The position numbers were made by a program, and so were the translations under genes. The notes beneath the pieces were generated by a model. It worked only from the letters and a program-made list of their open reading frames with translations, searched no databases and was not told the DNA's origin. This document shows, one piece after another, positions 10,543 to 20,054 of a stretch of 57,958 bases of DNA. Source of the DNA: a virus. Lineage: Duplodnaviria > Heunggongvirae > Uroviricota > Caudoviricetes. Where the stretch lies: the IMG/VR virus record IMGVR_UViG_2778261152_000005, positions 1 through 57,958 of that record. One strand, 5' to 3'. Numbering within the stretch: the stretch's first letter is position 1; every line of letters starts with the position of its first letter.

Positions 10543-10926
10543 TTAGTTAGAACGTTTGTTAGAAGCTAATGTATCTTCTAAATGAGCCATCAGATCGACT
10601 TCCGAAACACCACCTACACAATTATTGAAAGCGTTAAATCCCAAAAAATGATGATAGGAGCTAAACCCTAAAAGCTGCCAACGTTTCAGAGTGCCATCAG
10701 AAATGATAGTTTGTTTTCTTGTTTTTGGGCGAAAGTAAACGCCTGGCATTGATTTGATTATTTCTTGTTCTTCATAGCTTAATTCAGGGGATTCTGTTTC
10801 AAGAATAAATATTATCTCTTCCCCTGGAATTTCGTTATTGGTGTGTGTCGGTGGACGTTGTCTTGTTGAATTGAAGTTACTGTTTTTTTCAATACGTTTT
10901 AAGTTGTTCTTTTTCTTTCTTCCCAT
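10543..10926 (-). CDS. Hypothetical protein with basic N-terminus (127 aa)
   Basis: ORF beginning MGRKKKNNLKRIEK…; no recognised domain. Confidence 0.4.
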   Translation of the reverse strand: MGRKKKNNLKRIEKNSNFNSTRQRPPTHTNNEIPGEEIIFILETESPELSYEEQEIIKSMPGVYFRPKTRKQTIISDGTLKRWQLLGFSSYHHFLGFNAFNNCVGGVSEVDLMAHLEDTLASNKRSN

Positions 10927-11061
10927 TTTCCCTCTTTTTATGTGGATTATAAAAACTTGATGCCATTGTTACAATGAATATCGCCATAAATGCATTTGCC
11001 ATATGTATTGCCCGATCTGTTGTTATTGATTGTTTGTGATGTTATAAATCATTTATTCTCC

Positions 11062-11655
11062 TTAGAATGGTATTGAATCGTATATTTCACTTTTTTCTCT
11101 TAGAGATATTATCAGATCGTGAAAAGCCTGTTTCTCAAGATAGATATTCTTTGAATCTAATGCTCGTTTTACAAAATCTTCTGTTTCTTCGTGCGGTGGT
11201 TTCTTCTTATCAAGGGAAAGAAGCCAAGTAAAAATTTCGGGCCGTTCAGGGAACTCAGGCTCTTGTGTTTCTTCTTCAACGATGATTTCGGAAACATTCA
11301 ATATTTCATTAGATTCGTCTTCTTTCTCAGAAGGATCAGGTAGTGATGATTCTCCTTTTGGAATATCAAGCACTCGATAAAGGTTAGAGCTTCCTGGTCG
11401 TGCATCTTTTATAATTAATCCCATTTCGAGCAATTTCTTAACCCTTTCTTCTGCTGCTCTTGGTGTTATGCCAAAAACATCGCCTATCTTAGCGTAAGAG
11501 GGAAATGCACGATCAAACCCTCTCAAATAGCAGTAAAGGTTTTTAGCACTATCTGTAAATTTATGCCCGTTTACTTGGCTTATTTTTAGAATCCACATAG
11601 GAACTTTTACAAATTGTTCTTCATTAATCATTAAAAATCTCCTTGATGTAATCAC
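11062..11655 (-). CDS. Winged-helix DNA-binding protein, replication-initiator/regulator-like (197 aa)
   Basis: N-terminal …FVKVPMWILK…AKNLYCYLRGF…FPSYAKIGDVFGITPRAAEERVKKLLEMGLI… HTH-like region and acidic C-terminus; lies about 1.3 kb from the iteron array. Confidence 0.5.
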   Translation of the reverse strand: MITSRRFLMINEEQFVKVPMWILKISQVNGHKFTDSAKNLYCYLRGFDRAFPSYAKIGDVFGITPRAAEERVKKLLEMGLIIKDARPGSSNLYRVLDIPKGESSLPDPSEKEDESNEILNVSEIIVEEETQEPEFPERPEIFTWLLSLDKKKPPHEETEDFVKRALDSKNIYLEKQAFHDLIISLREKSEIYDSIPF

Positions 11656-11684
11656 GCTCTACGGCGCTACTATGGTGATAAAAA

Positions 11685-11855
11685 TCACTTGCTTTTGTTT
11701 GAGAGTGTTTCAGCCTCTCTTTTCAACATATCAAGAATGTAATCTGTAACAGTGATACGTTTACTTCTGGCTTCTTTAAACAACACCTGAAATACTTCAT
11801 CAGGAATATGAAAGCAAGTGCGTGGTTGTCTTTTCTTTTCTGTAGTTTCGCTCAT
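11685..11855 (-). CDS. Small ribbon-helix-helix-like DNA-binding protein (56 aa, not in ORF track)
   Basis: ATG at 11855 with AGGAG 9 nt upstream; MSETTEKKRQPRTCFHIPDEVFQVLFKEARSKRITVTDYILDMLKR…. Confidence 0.4.
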   Translation of the reverse strand: MSETTEKKRQPRTCFHIPDEVFQVLFKEARSKRITVTDYILDMLKREAETLSNKSK

Positions 11856-11876
11856 AGTTTTCTCCTTCTCCTGTTA

Positions 11877-12053
11877 TTATTCTTTCTCTGCCTTACGCAG
11901 TTCATCAATAATTTTTAGTGCATCGTCAAAGCATTTTTCACGCTCTGGATAACCACAGCGTCGCGCTGTGTTCCTGTTCATCCTTACTTTAAAACGATTA
12001 ATCTCACCACGTTTCCAGGCTTCAACTACATCTTGAGAAGTGAAATACTTCAC
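11877..12053 (-). CDS. Small hypothetical protein (58 aa, GTG start, not in ORF track)
   Basis: GTG at 12053 with AGGAGG 7 nt upstream; …KYFTSQDVVEAWKRGEINRFKVRMNRNTARRCGYPEREKCFDDALKIIDELRKAEKE. Confidence 0.4.
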   Translation of the reverse strand: MKYFTSQDVVEAWKRGEINRFKVRMNRNTARRCGYPEREKCFDDALKIIDELRKAEKE

Positions 12054-12488
12054 TAATTAACCTCCTATTCTATTTGGTTAAAAGAAAAAACACCTTGCAA
12101 GCCTGACGGCTTCAAAGTGCATTGATTTTAATTATTTAGAGGATGGGAATGTTTTCCTGTCCTAATATTACTTTACCACGACTAAAGGCTTTTGTCAACC
12201 CGTAGTCGTAAAAATATTGATCTTTTTCAGTAAGTTATGATATTGCTTAACAATTCGTGCTCTTTTTCTTCCTTATTGTCTAAAACGCTCTAAAACGCCC
12301 TCTGACGAGGTTTTGATAAATACAATAATTCCCTTATGTAGAGGCTGTTTAGCTCGCCAGAGGCTTGATTTAAGCGGTAGAATCTCATCTACTACCTAAC
12401 ATCTTTAAACCATATTTTTCTTTTTTGTCTGTTTGATGGTTGATCTATAGTTATGCGTTAGCATCCCCAAAGGGGTAACGCTACTCTA

Positions 12489-12869
12489 ATTGCATTCGCC
12501 AGAACATTGCACAAGAAATTTATTTTAGATGATTGATGATCGTTAGATTGGCGTAAGCCTCATCAATGGAACTATTGAAGCGCACAGCGCATAGACACTA
12601 ACAACCATTCGCTTACGCTCAGGTTATTGCACAAGTAAATTTCAATCGTTAGATGGTAGTTAGTTAATTATCGTTCTGCGCACAGCGCAAGACTATTTAG
12701 CCTTACGCAAGCCGTAGGCTATTTGCACATAGTAGATTACATATTCGTTGTGAGCGGCATTAGCGAACATAGATCTACTAACTAACATCAACAAACAAAA
12801 ACTATGTGTTATGACAAGCAGTCTAACGACTAACACTCTAACTTGTGCAAGGTTCTGGCGAATGCCAAT
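12489..12869. repeat. Repeat-rich 381-bp segment bounded by 27-bp inverted repeats
   Basis: ATTGCATTCGCCAGAACATTGCACAAG at 12489-12515 and its near-perfect inverted copy at 12842-12869; interior has two roughly 110-bp tandem units with TCGTTAGAT, GCGCACAGCGCA and TTGCACA motifs. Confidence 0.5.
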
Positions 12870-12981
12870 AGATTAAGGGATAGTCAAGGACTCCCCTAAC
12901 GGGTATCCCTATAATTATTCTTTAAAGATAAAAGAATTTATAAAAGATAATTTAATTGTAGTTTTATAGTTGATCTAATAG

Positions 12982-13118
12982 GTAACAAAATTCTGTAGGG
13001 GTGGCTAACAGTTTTCTGTGGGGGTGTCTAACATAATTCTGTTAGGGTTGGGGTAACAGTTTTCTGTTAGGGTGCATATTTCTTTAAAAGTTAAGGATAA
13101 CAGAATTCTGTGGGGGTA
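12982..13118. promoter_or_regulatory. Iteron array (5 copies of AACAnnwTTCTGTnGGGGT), putative origin or Rep-binding region
   Basis: Four tandem copies at about 23-bp spacing plus one spaced copy, followed by AT-rich DNA. Confidence 0.55.
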
Positions 13119-13671
13119 GTTCACAGTGACCTACCGTTATTACCGATGTGTAATATCGTTACATCCATTTATCACATAACATCTGTGCAATGATCTTCTT
13201 ATAAGTTGTAAAAGTGTTTCTTGCTATCAAAAATTAAACATCTAAAACAGGCTTAAATTCAAGATTAATTGATGATTAATCCCTGTGTAATTCCATACTA
13301 AAAAATTTAATGAAAAGTAGCTTAAAAGAGCAATGTTAGCTTTCTTCACTTTTACATCACTTTCGCAAAGCCTTGTGTAATGCGGCTTACAGAGCACTAT
13401 CAGAAATTGTTGATTAAAAATCAATCTATTATCTGTCGAACAAGTTTTCTTTAATGCAACAAAAAATTAATTTTTTCAAAATAAACACGCTATTTAATAG
13501 CTTGCTAATTTTACCAAAACATAACTACACGATTCTCATGCAAGACGTGTAGTGATAAAGCAGGCTAAATCACCACACTAAAAACCTTCGAATTTCGTAG
13601 TGAAAAAAGTCCTTTACACACCTAATCAACACGATCAATAATCACTACACACAAATCAACACAGAAGGAAA

Positions 13672-14229
13672 ATGAAAATGGCTAATATTGGATACATTAG
13701 GGTATCGACTGTCCAACAAAACACAGACCGTCAATTAGCTGGAGTAACTCTTGATAAAGTCTTTGAAGATAAAGCGTCAGGCAAGAATACCCAGCGCCCA
13801 CAGTTTGAGGCAATGATGAACTATGTGCGTGAAGGTGATGTTTTGCATGTTCACAGCATTGATCGACTTTGCCGTAATACAGCCGACCTACTGGCAACGG
13901 TTGAGCAATTAACAGAGCGCGGCGTGTCTGTGCATTTCCATAAAGAAGACTTTAAGACAGGGAAGAACTCTCCCGCAGGGAATATGATGCTCACAGTGCT
14001 TGCAGCAGTGGCACAAATGGAACGTGAAATGATGCTTGAGCGGCAACGTGAAGGGATCGCCGCAGCTAAGGCCGCTGGACGTATAGCAAAACGTGGTAAT
14101 GGAAAAGCAATTGATCGAGCGGGAATTGTTGCCGCTCTCGCGAATGGTGGATCAATTCGGAGCGTAGCAAAAGATTTCAGTGTCAGCACACAGACGGTGC
14201 AACGTATCAAGAAAGAGCAGGAAGCGTAA
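13672..14229 (+). CDS. Serine recombinase (resolvase/invertase family)
   Basis: N-terminal …GYIRVSTVQQNTDRQ… catalytic-serine motif and C-terminal HTH (…SIRSVAKDFSVSTQTVQRIKK…). Confidence 0.85.
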   Translation: MKMANIGYIRVSTVQQNTDRQLAGVTLDKVFEDKASGKNTQRPQFEAMMNYVREGDVLHVHSIDRLCRNTADLLATVEQLTERGVSVHFHKEDFKTGKNSPAGNMMLTVLAAVAQMEREMMLERQREGIAAAKAAGRIAKRGNGKAIDRAGIVAALANGGSIRSVAKDFSVSTQTVQRIKKEQEA

Positions 14230-14554
14230 TGCCTCCTGATATTTGAGAATTGTCGCTGCGTGGACCTGACGCCGCTGATCTTCGCGTTAAACATTGATCA
14301 CGTCTGCGCCGATTTCAGATAAAAAGGTAGCTATTAAGCAATACGTAACTTTTACAATTAGTGAAATTATCTAAAACACAAGTTATATAGATGAGAAAAT
14401 GAAACATTATCTTGAACAAATCAAACAAAACAACACATCATCTTGTTGACACCATGCAAAGTGAATAGTAAACTATTATATGTGAAAATTTGCATGTTGC
14501 GTGCAATAAAAAATAAATGATACTTTGCTATTGTTAAATCAATAGGGGGTATCT

Positions 14555-14713
14555 ATGCGCTTTATCTCATCCATTTTAAAAACCTGCAGAACCACAATTA
14601 CTTTAGCTGTAATTGTTACCATCATATACCTCATCTATTTTACCCCTCGAGATAAAATCGATTCACTAGCGATCATCGTTCATGCAATGGCTACATTAAC
14701 TAAAAAACTTTAA
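14555..14713 (+). CDS. Small hydrophobic peptide (52 aa, not in ORF track)
   Basis: ATG at 14555 with GGGGG Shine-Dalgarno; MRFISSILKTCRTTITLAVIVTIIYLIYF… predicted single membrane helix. Confidence 0.25.
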   Translation: MRFISSILKTCRTTITLAVIVTIIYLIYFTPRDKIDSLAIIVHAMATLTKKL

Positions 14714-15523
14714 TAATTTCACTATCAGGCGCATAAACACATCTTTGATCGCTGGATGTGTTATGCGCCTACTGGTGATTCAATCCTTAAGCCATTTCAA
14801 CTCACTAAGGAGTTTTCTTTCTTCGTTCTCTCGCTGTTTACGCTCTAGCCAGGCTTTTCCCTCTGGAGTAGACAGGAACTTACGAGCGTGAATCTTGCGG
14901 TTATTACGTTTGATAGCTGCAATGTTTTTCATCGTGTTGCCTCTGTATTCATATGAAAATGAACAAGTTACATACTACACAGGGAGACTACGCATAAAAC
15001 ACAATACAAGTAAAGATACATTTTCAAGACAATAGGAGCCATAAAGCGCCTTTGATGGTTATACCAAAAAATAAGCGCCGTAGGCGTATCCACTAAAAGG
15101 GCTTTTTCACAAAAGCTATGAAGTCTTAGCAGTTCTTCTCTTATCAGGCACCCGTTGTACTCCGGTGGACGAAACCGTGCTAGAGCTTGATTCTTTCCCG
15201 ATCAAGTTAGGTTTTGAAGAGGTGGGCTTTAATCCACTATTGCACTTAAAACTCTTCCCATCATTTAGCCTGTTTATCCTCTGCAACGTCATCTCGACGT
15301 GTAGCATCATTGGACACCGCGCCAGGTGTGGAACATCTTGCTAAGAGTTTTGGTAGAAGGTTTAGAGACGGTGGCACGTCTTCCAGCTTCAAAGGAACTT
15401 GTTACGAGGTTGAGCCTGGGAACTACTCGCCCATACGTGTTACACTACCAAAGCCCATAACAACGTATAGGCGTTTGTAATTGATAACAGAAGATACAAT
15501 TTCTTAGAGAAGTTAAGCTAAGT

Positions 15524-15563
15524 TATTGATTTTCTTAATGGTGCCGATAATAGGAGTAAAACA
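15524..15563. repeat. Attachment-site direct repeat, copy 2 (boundary between elements A and B)
   Basis: TAATGGTGCCGATAATAGGAGTAAAACA shared with 2838-2872; 15539-15557 matches the tRNA-Thr 3' end. Confidence 0.7.
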
Positions 15564-15669
15564 CAGCAAATAACCACATGTATTTACTGTATTTTGTTTT
15601 TTACAAATTAGATAGATACCCGAATTGATACCCGTTTTGATTTCGCTCCCGATTGAGGAACAAAACGGG

Positions 15670-15909
15670 CTATTCAGTAGCCCTGTACCAAGCTTGCCAA
15701 CGGTACTTATCCAGCCGTAACTGGCGTAGGCATTCCGCTGTTTCGATGTCCGCCTGCAGGTCTTCGTCGCTATCCCGCCCGGCATCACTTGCCTTGCACG
15801 GTGGGTTCATCAAATCCTGGGATATTGTTGGCCGCATCGATTGCTCGCTGCCGCAACTGCACAGCGTGATCGTCAAAATCGCACTTAGTATGATTCGGGT
15901 CGTTAACAT
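15670..15909 (-). CDS. Putative o-spanin (Rz1-like), overlapping Rz in another frame
   Basis: ORF out of frame within and beyond the Rz gene; N-terminal signal-like segment with Cys (…ILTITLCSCGS…); lipobox atypical. Confidence 0.35.
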   Translation of the reverse strand: MLTTRIILSAILTITLCSCGSEQSMRPTISQDLMNPPCKASDAGRDSDEDLQADIETAECLRQLRLDKYRWQAWYRATE

Positions 15910-16144
15910 ATTTCACCACGTCGCGATAAATGGTCCGGTAAATCACTTTTCCTTCTGCGCTGGCCGCTGCCGCTTTCTGCTCACTAGTGGCGACGGCTTT
16001 CTCAGCCTTTTTGTTTTTCGCTGCATGCTCACTGTTTACCTTGTCGCTGTGCGCATACCAGCCTTTCAGATAACCCGCGTAAAAGGTAACAGCGACAAGC
16101 GCCAGGAGAGCGGCCAGCGCTAACAGCTTTGCTTTAATGGTCAC
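15785..16144 (-). CDS. i-spanin (Rz-like)
   Basis: GTG start at 16144 overlapping the endolysin TGA; N-terminal transmembrane helix (KAKLLALAALLALVAVTFYAGYL) then coiled-coil; track ORF extends to 16237. Confidence 0.6.
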   Translation of the reverse strand: MTIKAKLLALAALLALVAVTFYAGYLKGWYAHSDKVNSEHAAKNKKAEKAVATSEQKAAAASAEGKVIYRTIYRDVVKYVNDPNHTKCDFDDHAVQLRQRAIDAANNIPGFDEPTVQGK

Positions 16145-16680
16145 TGGTCTATCCCCCAGCACGTCAGTGCGCTTTCCTGATCCCGGCGCTCGACCTGACC
16201 ATAGCAACCATTCTTCTGGCCTTTGGTCAGTCTGCAATCGCGGCCGCCGTCTTTAATCCACCAGCGGATCGCTTCGCATGCACCTTTGCGGTCACCGGAA
16301 TTGATGCGCTTGTAGAACGTCGAGGGAAAACATTTACCGGGGCCGATGTTGTACGGGCAGAACGAAGCAATACCAGCTTTCTGCGGCTCAGTCAGCGGCA
16401 CCTTGATATTGCGGTCAACCCACGCCAGCGCCTTATCGCGTTCGATGGCGTTTACCTGGTCACATTTCGCTTGCGTCAGCTTCATGCCCTGCACTACCGG
16501 CTTACCATCGACCATCGTGGCGCCACGGCAAATTGTCCAGATACCGCCGCCGTCTTTATATGCCGTGAGATTGTTACCCTCTTTCTCATTCAGGAACTGG
16601 TCGAGAATAACCGATGCTGGCGCACCGGCAAGTACCAGTCCCAGAACGGCAGCGCTGAGCTTAGTCCTGTTGCTGGCCAT
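16141..16680 (-). CDS. SAR endolysin (T4-lysozyme-like)
   Basis: N-terminal signal-anchor-release segment and catalytic …[20 protein letters not shown]… motif; resembles phage 21 R. Confidence 0.8.
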   Translation of the reverse strand: MASNRTKLSAAVLGLVLAGAPASVILDQFLNEKEGNNLTAYKDGGGIWTICRGATMVDGKPVVQGMKLTQAKCDQVNAIERDKALAWVDRNIKVPLTEPQKAGIASFCPYNIGPGKCFPSTFYKRINSGDRKGACEAIRWWIKDGGRDCRLTKGQKNGCYGQVERRDQESALTCWGIDQ

Positions 16681-16897
16681 AGAGCTGAGCCTCTTTACGA
16701 CGATCTTCTTTAATTTTGAAATACAAATTGGTCAGATAAGTAATCAGGCCAAGGACAATACTGGCCAGAACCCCGATAGCTGCCCACTGGCTAGGGCTGA
16801 CCTTATCGAGTAGCTGTAGTAACCAATAGCCGCCGCTACCAAGAGAAGTTACGTAGGAAGCGCCCGCCGCTATGTCTGAATGGTTGTTCATCCTCAT
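16661..16897 (-). CDS. Holin (phage 21 S pinholin-like)
   Basis: 78 aa, …[48 protein letters not shown]… closely resembles the S21 pinholin from memory; overlaps endolysin start. Confidence 0.75.
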   Translation of the reverse strand: MRMNNHSDIAAGASYVTSLGSGGYWLLQLLDKVSPSQWAAIGVLASIVLGLITYLTNLYFKIKEDRRKEAQLYGQQQD

Positions 16898-16955
16898 GCC
16901 TCACCCCCGAGGGGAAATGTGTAAGTATTGGGGGTTGAGGTTAAGACAACGATGC

Positions 16956-16970
16956 GGTCGGAATCCTGAC
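16956..16970. promoter_or_regulatory. Copy a (imperfect) of the GGTCGGAATCCCGACC palindromic motif, upstream of the holin gene
   Basis: GGTCGGAATCCTGAC about 60 bp upstream of holin start. Confidence 0.4.
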
Positions 16971-17051
16971 TATCCAATATGTTCACCCGGATCGAAAAAT
17001 GCTACTCTTTGTTTTTATATAACTTATGTTCAATCCATGGCGAGCTAAACT

Positions 17052-18041
17052 ATGAACCGTATTGGCTGGATCTCATTAACTAGAGTAATAGCAGTAACAT
17101 TTATCGTAATGCTGCATTCTGCCTCATTCTATTTCAATAATTTTGATATTGGTGTTTTTGGCTGGGAAGTTGGGAATCTTGGTAATGCGGTTAGTAGATG
17201 GGGGGTTCCAGTTTTCATTATGCTATCAGGGGCTTTATTACTAAATAATAACAATTCGAATGACTACGCCTCTTTTTACAAACGCAGGCTCTCTAAGATA
17301 CTTATACCACTTATTTTCTGGTCTATCTTTTATTCTGCGATATGGCTTTTCCAGAATAAAGGTGACGCCACTATTTACGAAGCTTTAATAAATATTATAA
17401 GTGGACATCCGTTCTATCATATGTGGTTTATGTATATGATTCTTGGACTATACGCATTTACACCTTTGTTCAGGAAAATTGCATCTGTAATAGAAGATAA
17501 AGAAGCAACTTACTTAATCACCACTGTATTTATGCTTTCTGCCGTATGGATAAGTAATAAATACATAGCTGATGCTCATGATCCATTGTGGTTTTTCTGG
17601 TTCATTCAATACATTCCGTATTATTTTGCGGGGTATTATATTTCAAAATCATCTAGAAACATAAAGCCGACTCTTCTATTAATTGTAACGATTATAACCG
17701 TAGCAGCCACTTTTATAGCCACACATTACGCCTCGGTACAGTTTGGTAAGACTCAATACTTCTACGAACCGTTATCCCCTTTCATTATTATAATGTCATT
17801 GTGTGTATTTTGTTTATTCAAAAGGTGGAATTCAGGATTCTCCGACTCTCTCGCAAATTTAAGTTTAGGTGTTTATTTAATTCACCCTTTCTTTTTGCTG
17901 GCCTTCTTTAAGGTGTTTAAGGGGTTTGCAATGTCGTGGCCTCTTATGGGTTTTATTTGTGCGTGGATTATTTGCACAGTACTGTCTTTTGCTTCGACCT
18001 TCATTATCAAAAAAGTTAAATATTTAAATGTGATAGTGTAG
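17052..18041 (+). CDS. Acyltransferase family 3 membrane protein (O-antigen acetylase-like)
   Basis: 329 aa, multiple hydrophobic segments, N-terminal …RVIAVTFIVMLHS… typical of Oac/OafA-type acyltransferases; opposite strand to flanking phage genes. Confidence 0.75.
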   Translation: MNRIGWISLTRVIAVTFIVMLHSASFYFNNFDIGVFGWEVGNLGNAVSRWGVPVFIMLSGALLLNNNNSNDYASFYKRRLSKILIPLIFWSIFYSAIWLFQNKGDATIYEALINIISGHPFYHMWFMYMILGLYAFTPLFRKIASVIEDKEATYLITTVFMLSAVWISNKYIADAHDPLWFFWFIQYIPYYFAGYYISKSSRNIKPTLLLIVTIITVAATFIATHYASVQFGKTQYFYEPLSPFIIIMSLCVFCLFKRWNSGFSDSLANLSLGVYLIHPFFLLAFFKVFKGFAMSWPLMGFICAWIICTVLSFASTFIIKKVKYLNVIV

Positions 18042-18053
18042 TTTATTAATGAA

Positions 18054-18077
18054 GGGGGAGCAGATAACTCCCCCTTT
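18054..18077. terminator. Bidirectional hairpin terminator
   Basis: GGGGGAG-CAGATAA-CTCCCCC followed by TTT, between convergent acyltransferase and tail-fibre genes. Confidence 0.4.
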
Positions 18078-18093
18078 GGGTATTAGAAAGAGT

Positions 18094-20034
18094 TCAGACA
18101 AAATCAACTGCGGTATATCTAGATAAAAATCCACCCATACCCGAATATGAGATATTGGCGACCAAACTTACATCCGTAACGACAGTCGTAGAATTTATTG
18201 TCGTTGTGGATTTTTTTAATGTACCAGTCGCGGTTGTTACCTGCACAGCTACAGAACTAGCCCCCTGCTGGAAAACCTGCATATTGCCAATAAACCCACT
18301 ACCTTGCGCCATTCCAAATTTGCTGTATGCAGAACCACTCACTCCCATGTAGGGATAATGATATTTAGATAAATCGGCCTGCAATGAAACAGGATATGAG
18401 ATATTCACTGAATTTGCAGATGATAACATTGATAAATTACACCGCCAATGGATGTATTTACCTACTTGCCGGGCCTGAAGTGTATTTGTTACACTAGTGT
18501 TTAAATAGGTATTGTTTTTTGGAAAGTCTACCCATCCTGAATCGAACTGTTTAATTGGTGTCTTAATTGCAATCATCCCCCCGGCTAGAGCCCGAGGGCT
18601 ACCATCTGCACTTGGCTGAAGATATACGTCATCCCAAAGTAACTGAGCACTTCCCCCACCATCTAATGCGATGGCATGATGAAATCCTTCGTTTACACAT
18701 AACTCCTGTAGTTCAGAATATAAAATACCAAATGAAGATGATTGCCCTTGCACTTGAAGTATGCCGTAGTCTCCATTTGGGAAAACACCAAATACGGTTC
18801 TTGCGCTTATATCAGTTTGTGATGATACATCCTCATACGCCACACCGTTTTTAACAAGCAAATAATGCCAACCAAAACAACACCATGCACCTTCATTGAC
18901 ATAATCTTGTGCCGTCTTATTATCTGTATATGCCGCAATGGAAACTGAACCATCTTTCAATATCAATAAAGAGTAACGTCCATGTGTTTCTGTTTCGCCG
19001 CCGTCAAAATCCTGGTATGCAACCCCCCCTGATATCTGCAGCCCCCATGGTTTATACCCAACGCCATCTGTAATATTTGAATGCCAACCATCGCCATTAC
19101 AAATAGCAGGAGCTTTACTTTTTGAAGCATTCTCTGTTATTGTCATCGGCTGAACGTACATCACGCCAGATGAAAAATAAGGAGTATTACCATACTCCTT
19201 ATTAATATTTTGGGAGCCTTTCGGCACTGTAATAACGTGATAATAAACGCCACTGGAATGGATTTTCCTAATGCACTGTGATGACCCACTGCCATTCGTG
19301 ATATATCCACTTAAATTTTCAATCCCAAGGCTCAATTCATCAAGTTCATCCTGAACCGTTGTTCCATCAACAGTTCCAATTTTTGATGCCCCCGTTGGCT
19401 TTGCCAGTTCAATCATTACATCCGTTGCGGAACCTGACTGCGGTAAAACAGTTATCGGTTTACCCGCAGCGTTAAATGCCAGTAATTTGTTCGCACGTTG
19501 ATCAACTGGCGGGAGCACGTCAACATAGCTTTCTGGTACCCGAAGTGTGCGGTTTAAATTATTCTGCCCGGTTTGCTGAACATAGCGCTTTGTTGCCGCA
19601 TCCTGGTCGTTAACCGGATCGGCAAGCTCGGAAATCCGGTACCCTTCGGCATCAAACGGCCCACCAAACAAAGGTCGACGCAGTGCCAGTCCCAGATGGA
19701 TCCCATAACGTTGAATAGCCATCCATAGACGGTCGAAATCTTTATTTACCGTATCTGCAAGCAAGTCCCCGTTATCCTGATAATCAGTTAATCTGTAACT
19801 GGGGACAACACGTTCAATCATTACAACCGTGCCGGTAGCCGGAGCCGTGAGGAACGTAACATCACCGCCACCCACATTGCCTACGCCGGAGACAGAATAA
19901 CCGGACGTTAACTCCACACCGTTAAGTGTGACCTGAATGTCACTGGCACTGATAACATAAAACTCGAAAGGAAAAACGGTCGTCAGACCGTTGGCGTTGT
20001 AAATAATATAGGGCGTCTGGTTAGGTACCGACAT
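18094..20034 (-). CDS. Tail fibre / tailspike with T7 gp17-like N-terminal adaptor domain
   Basis: N-terminus (…GLTTVFPFEFYVISASDIQVTLNGVELTSGYSV…VVMIERVVPSYRLTDYQDNGDLL…) parallels the T7 gp17 N-terminal domain; remainder distinct. Confidence 0.7.
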   Translation of the reverse strand: MSVPNQTPYIIYNANGLTTVFPFEFYVISASDIQVTLNGVELTSGYSVSGVGNVGGGDVTFLTAPATGTVVMIERVVPSYRLTDYQDNGDLLADTVNKDFDRLWMAIQRYGIHLGLALRRPLFGGPFDAEGYRISELADPVNDQDAATKRYVQQTGQNNLNRTLRVPESYVDVLPPVDQRANKLLAFNAAGKPITVLPQSGSATDVMIELAKPTGASKIGTVDGTTVQDELDELSLGIENLSGYITNGSGSSQCIRKIHSSGVYYHVITVPKGSQNINKEYGNTPYFSSGVMYVQPMTITENASKSKAPAICNGDGWHSNITDGVGYKPWGLQISGGVAYQDFDGGETETHGRYSLLILKDGSVSIAAYTDNKTAQDYVNEGAWCCFGWHYLLVKNGVAYEDVSSQTDISARTVFGVFPNGDYGILQVQGQSSSFGILYSELQELCVNEGFHHAIALDGGGSAQLLWDDVYLQPSADGSPRALAGGMIAIKTPIKQFDSGWVDFPKNNTYLNTSVTNTLQARQVGKYIHWRCNLSMLSSANSVNISYPVSLQADLSKYHYPYMGVSGSAYSKFGMAQGSGFIGNMQVFQQGASSVAVQVTTATGTLKKSTTTINSTTVVTDVSLVANISYSGMGGFLSRYTAVDFV

Positions 20035-20054
20035 GGCTAGAACCTCTGGCAGGA

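Noticed and set aside
12982-13118. Iteron array considered as a possible CRISPR
   Set aside because: Degenerate 22-25-bp repeats with no unique spacers; layout is that of an origin iteron set.
15116-15310. 64-aa minus-strand ORF
   Set aside because: Ser/Thr-rich translation with no start context; region treated as non-coding or possible RNA.
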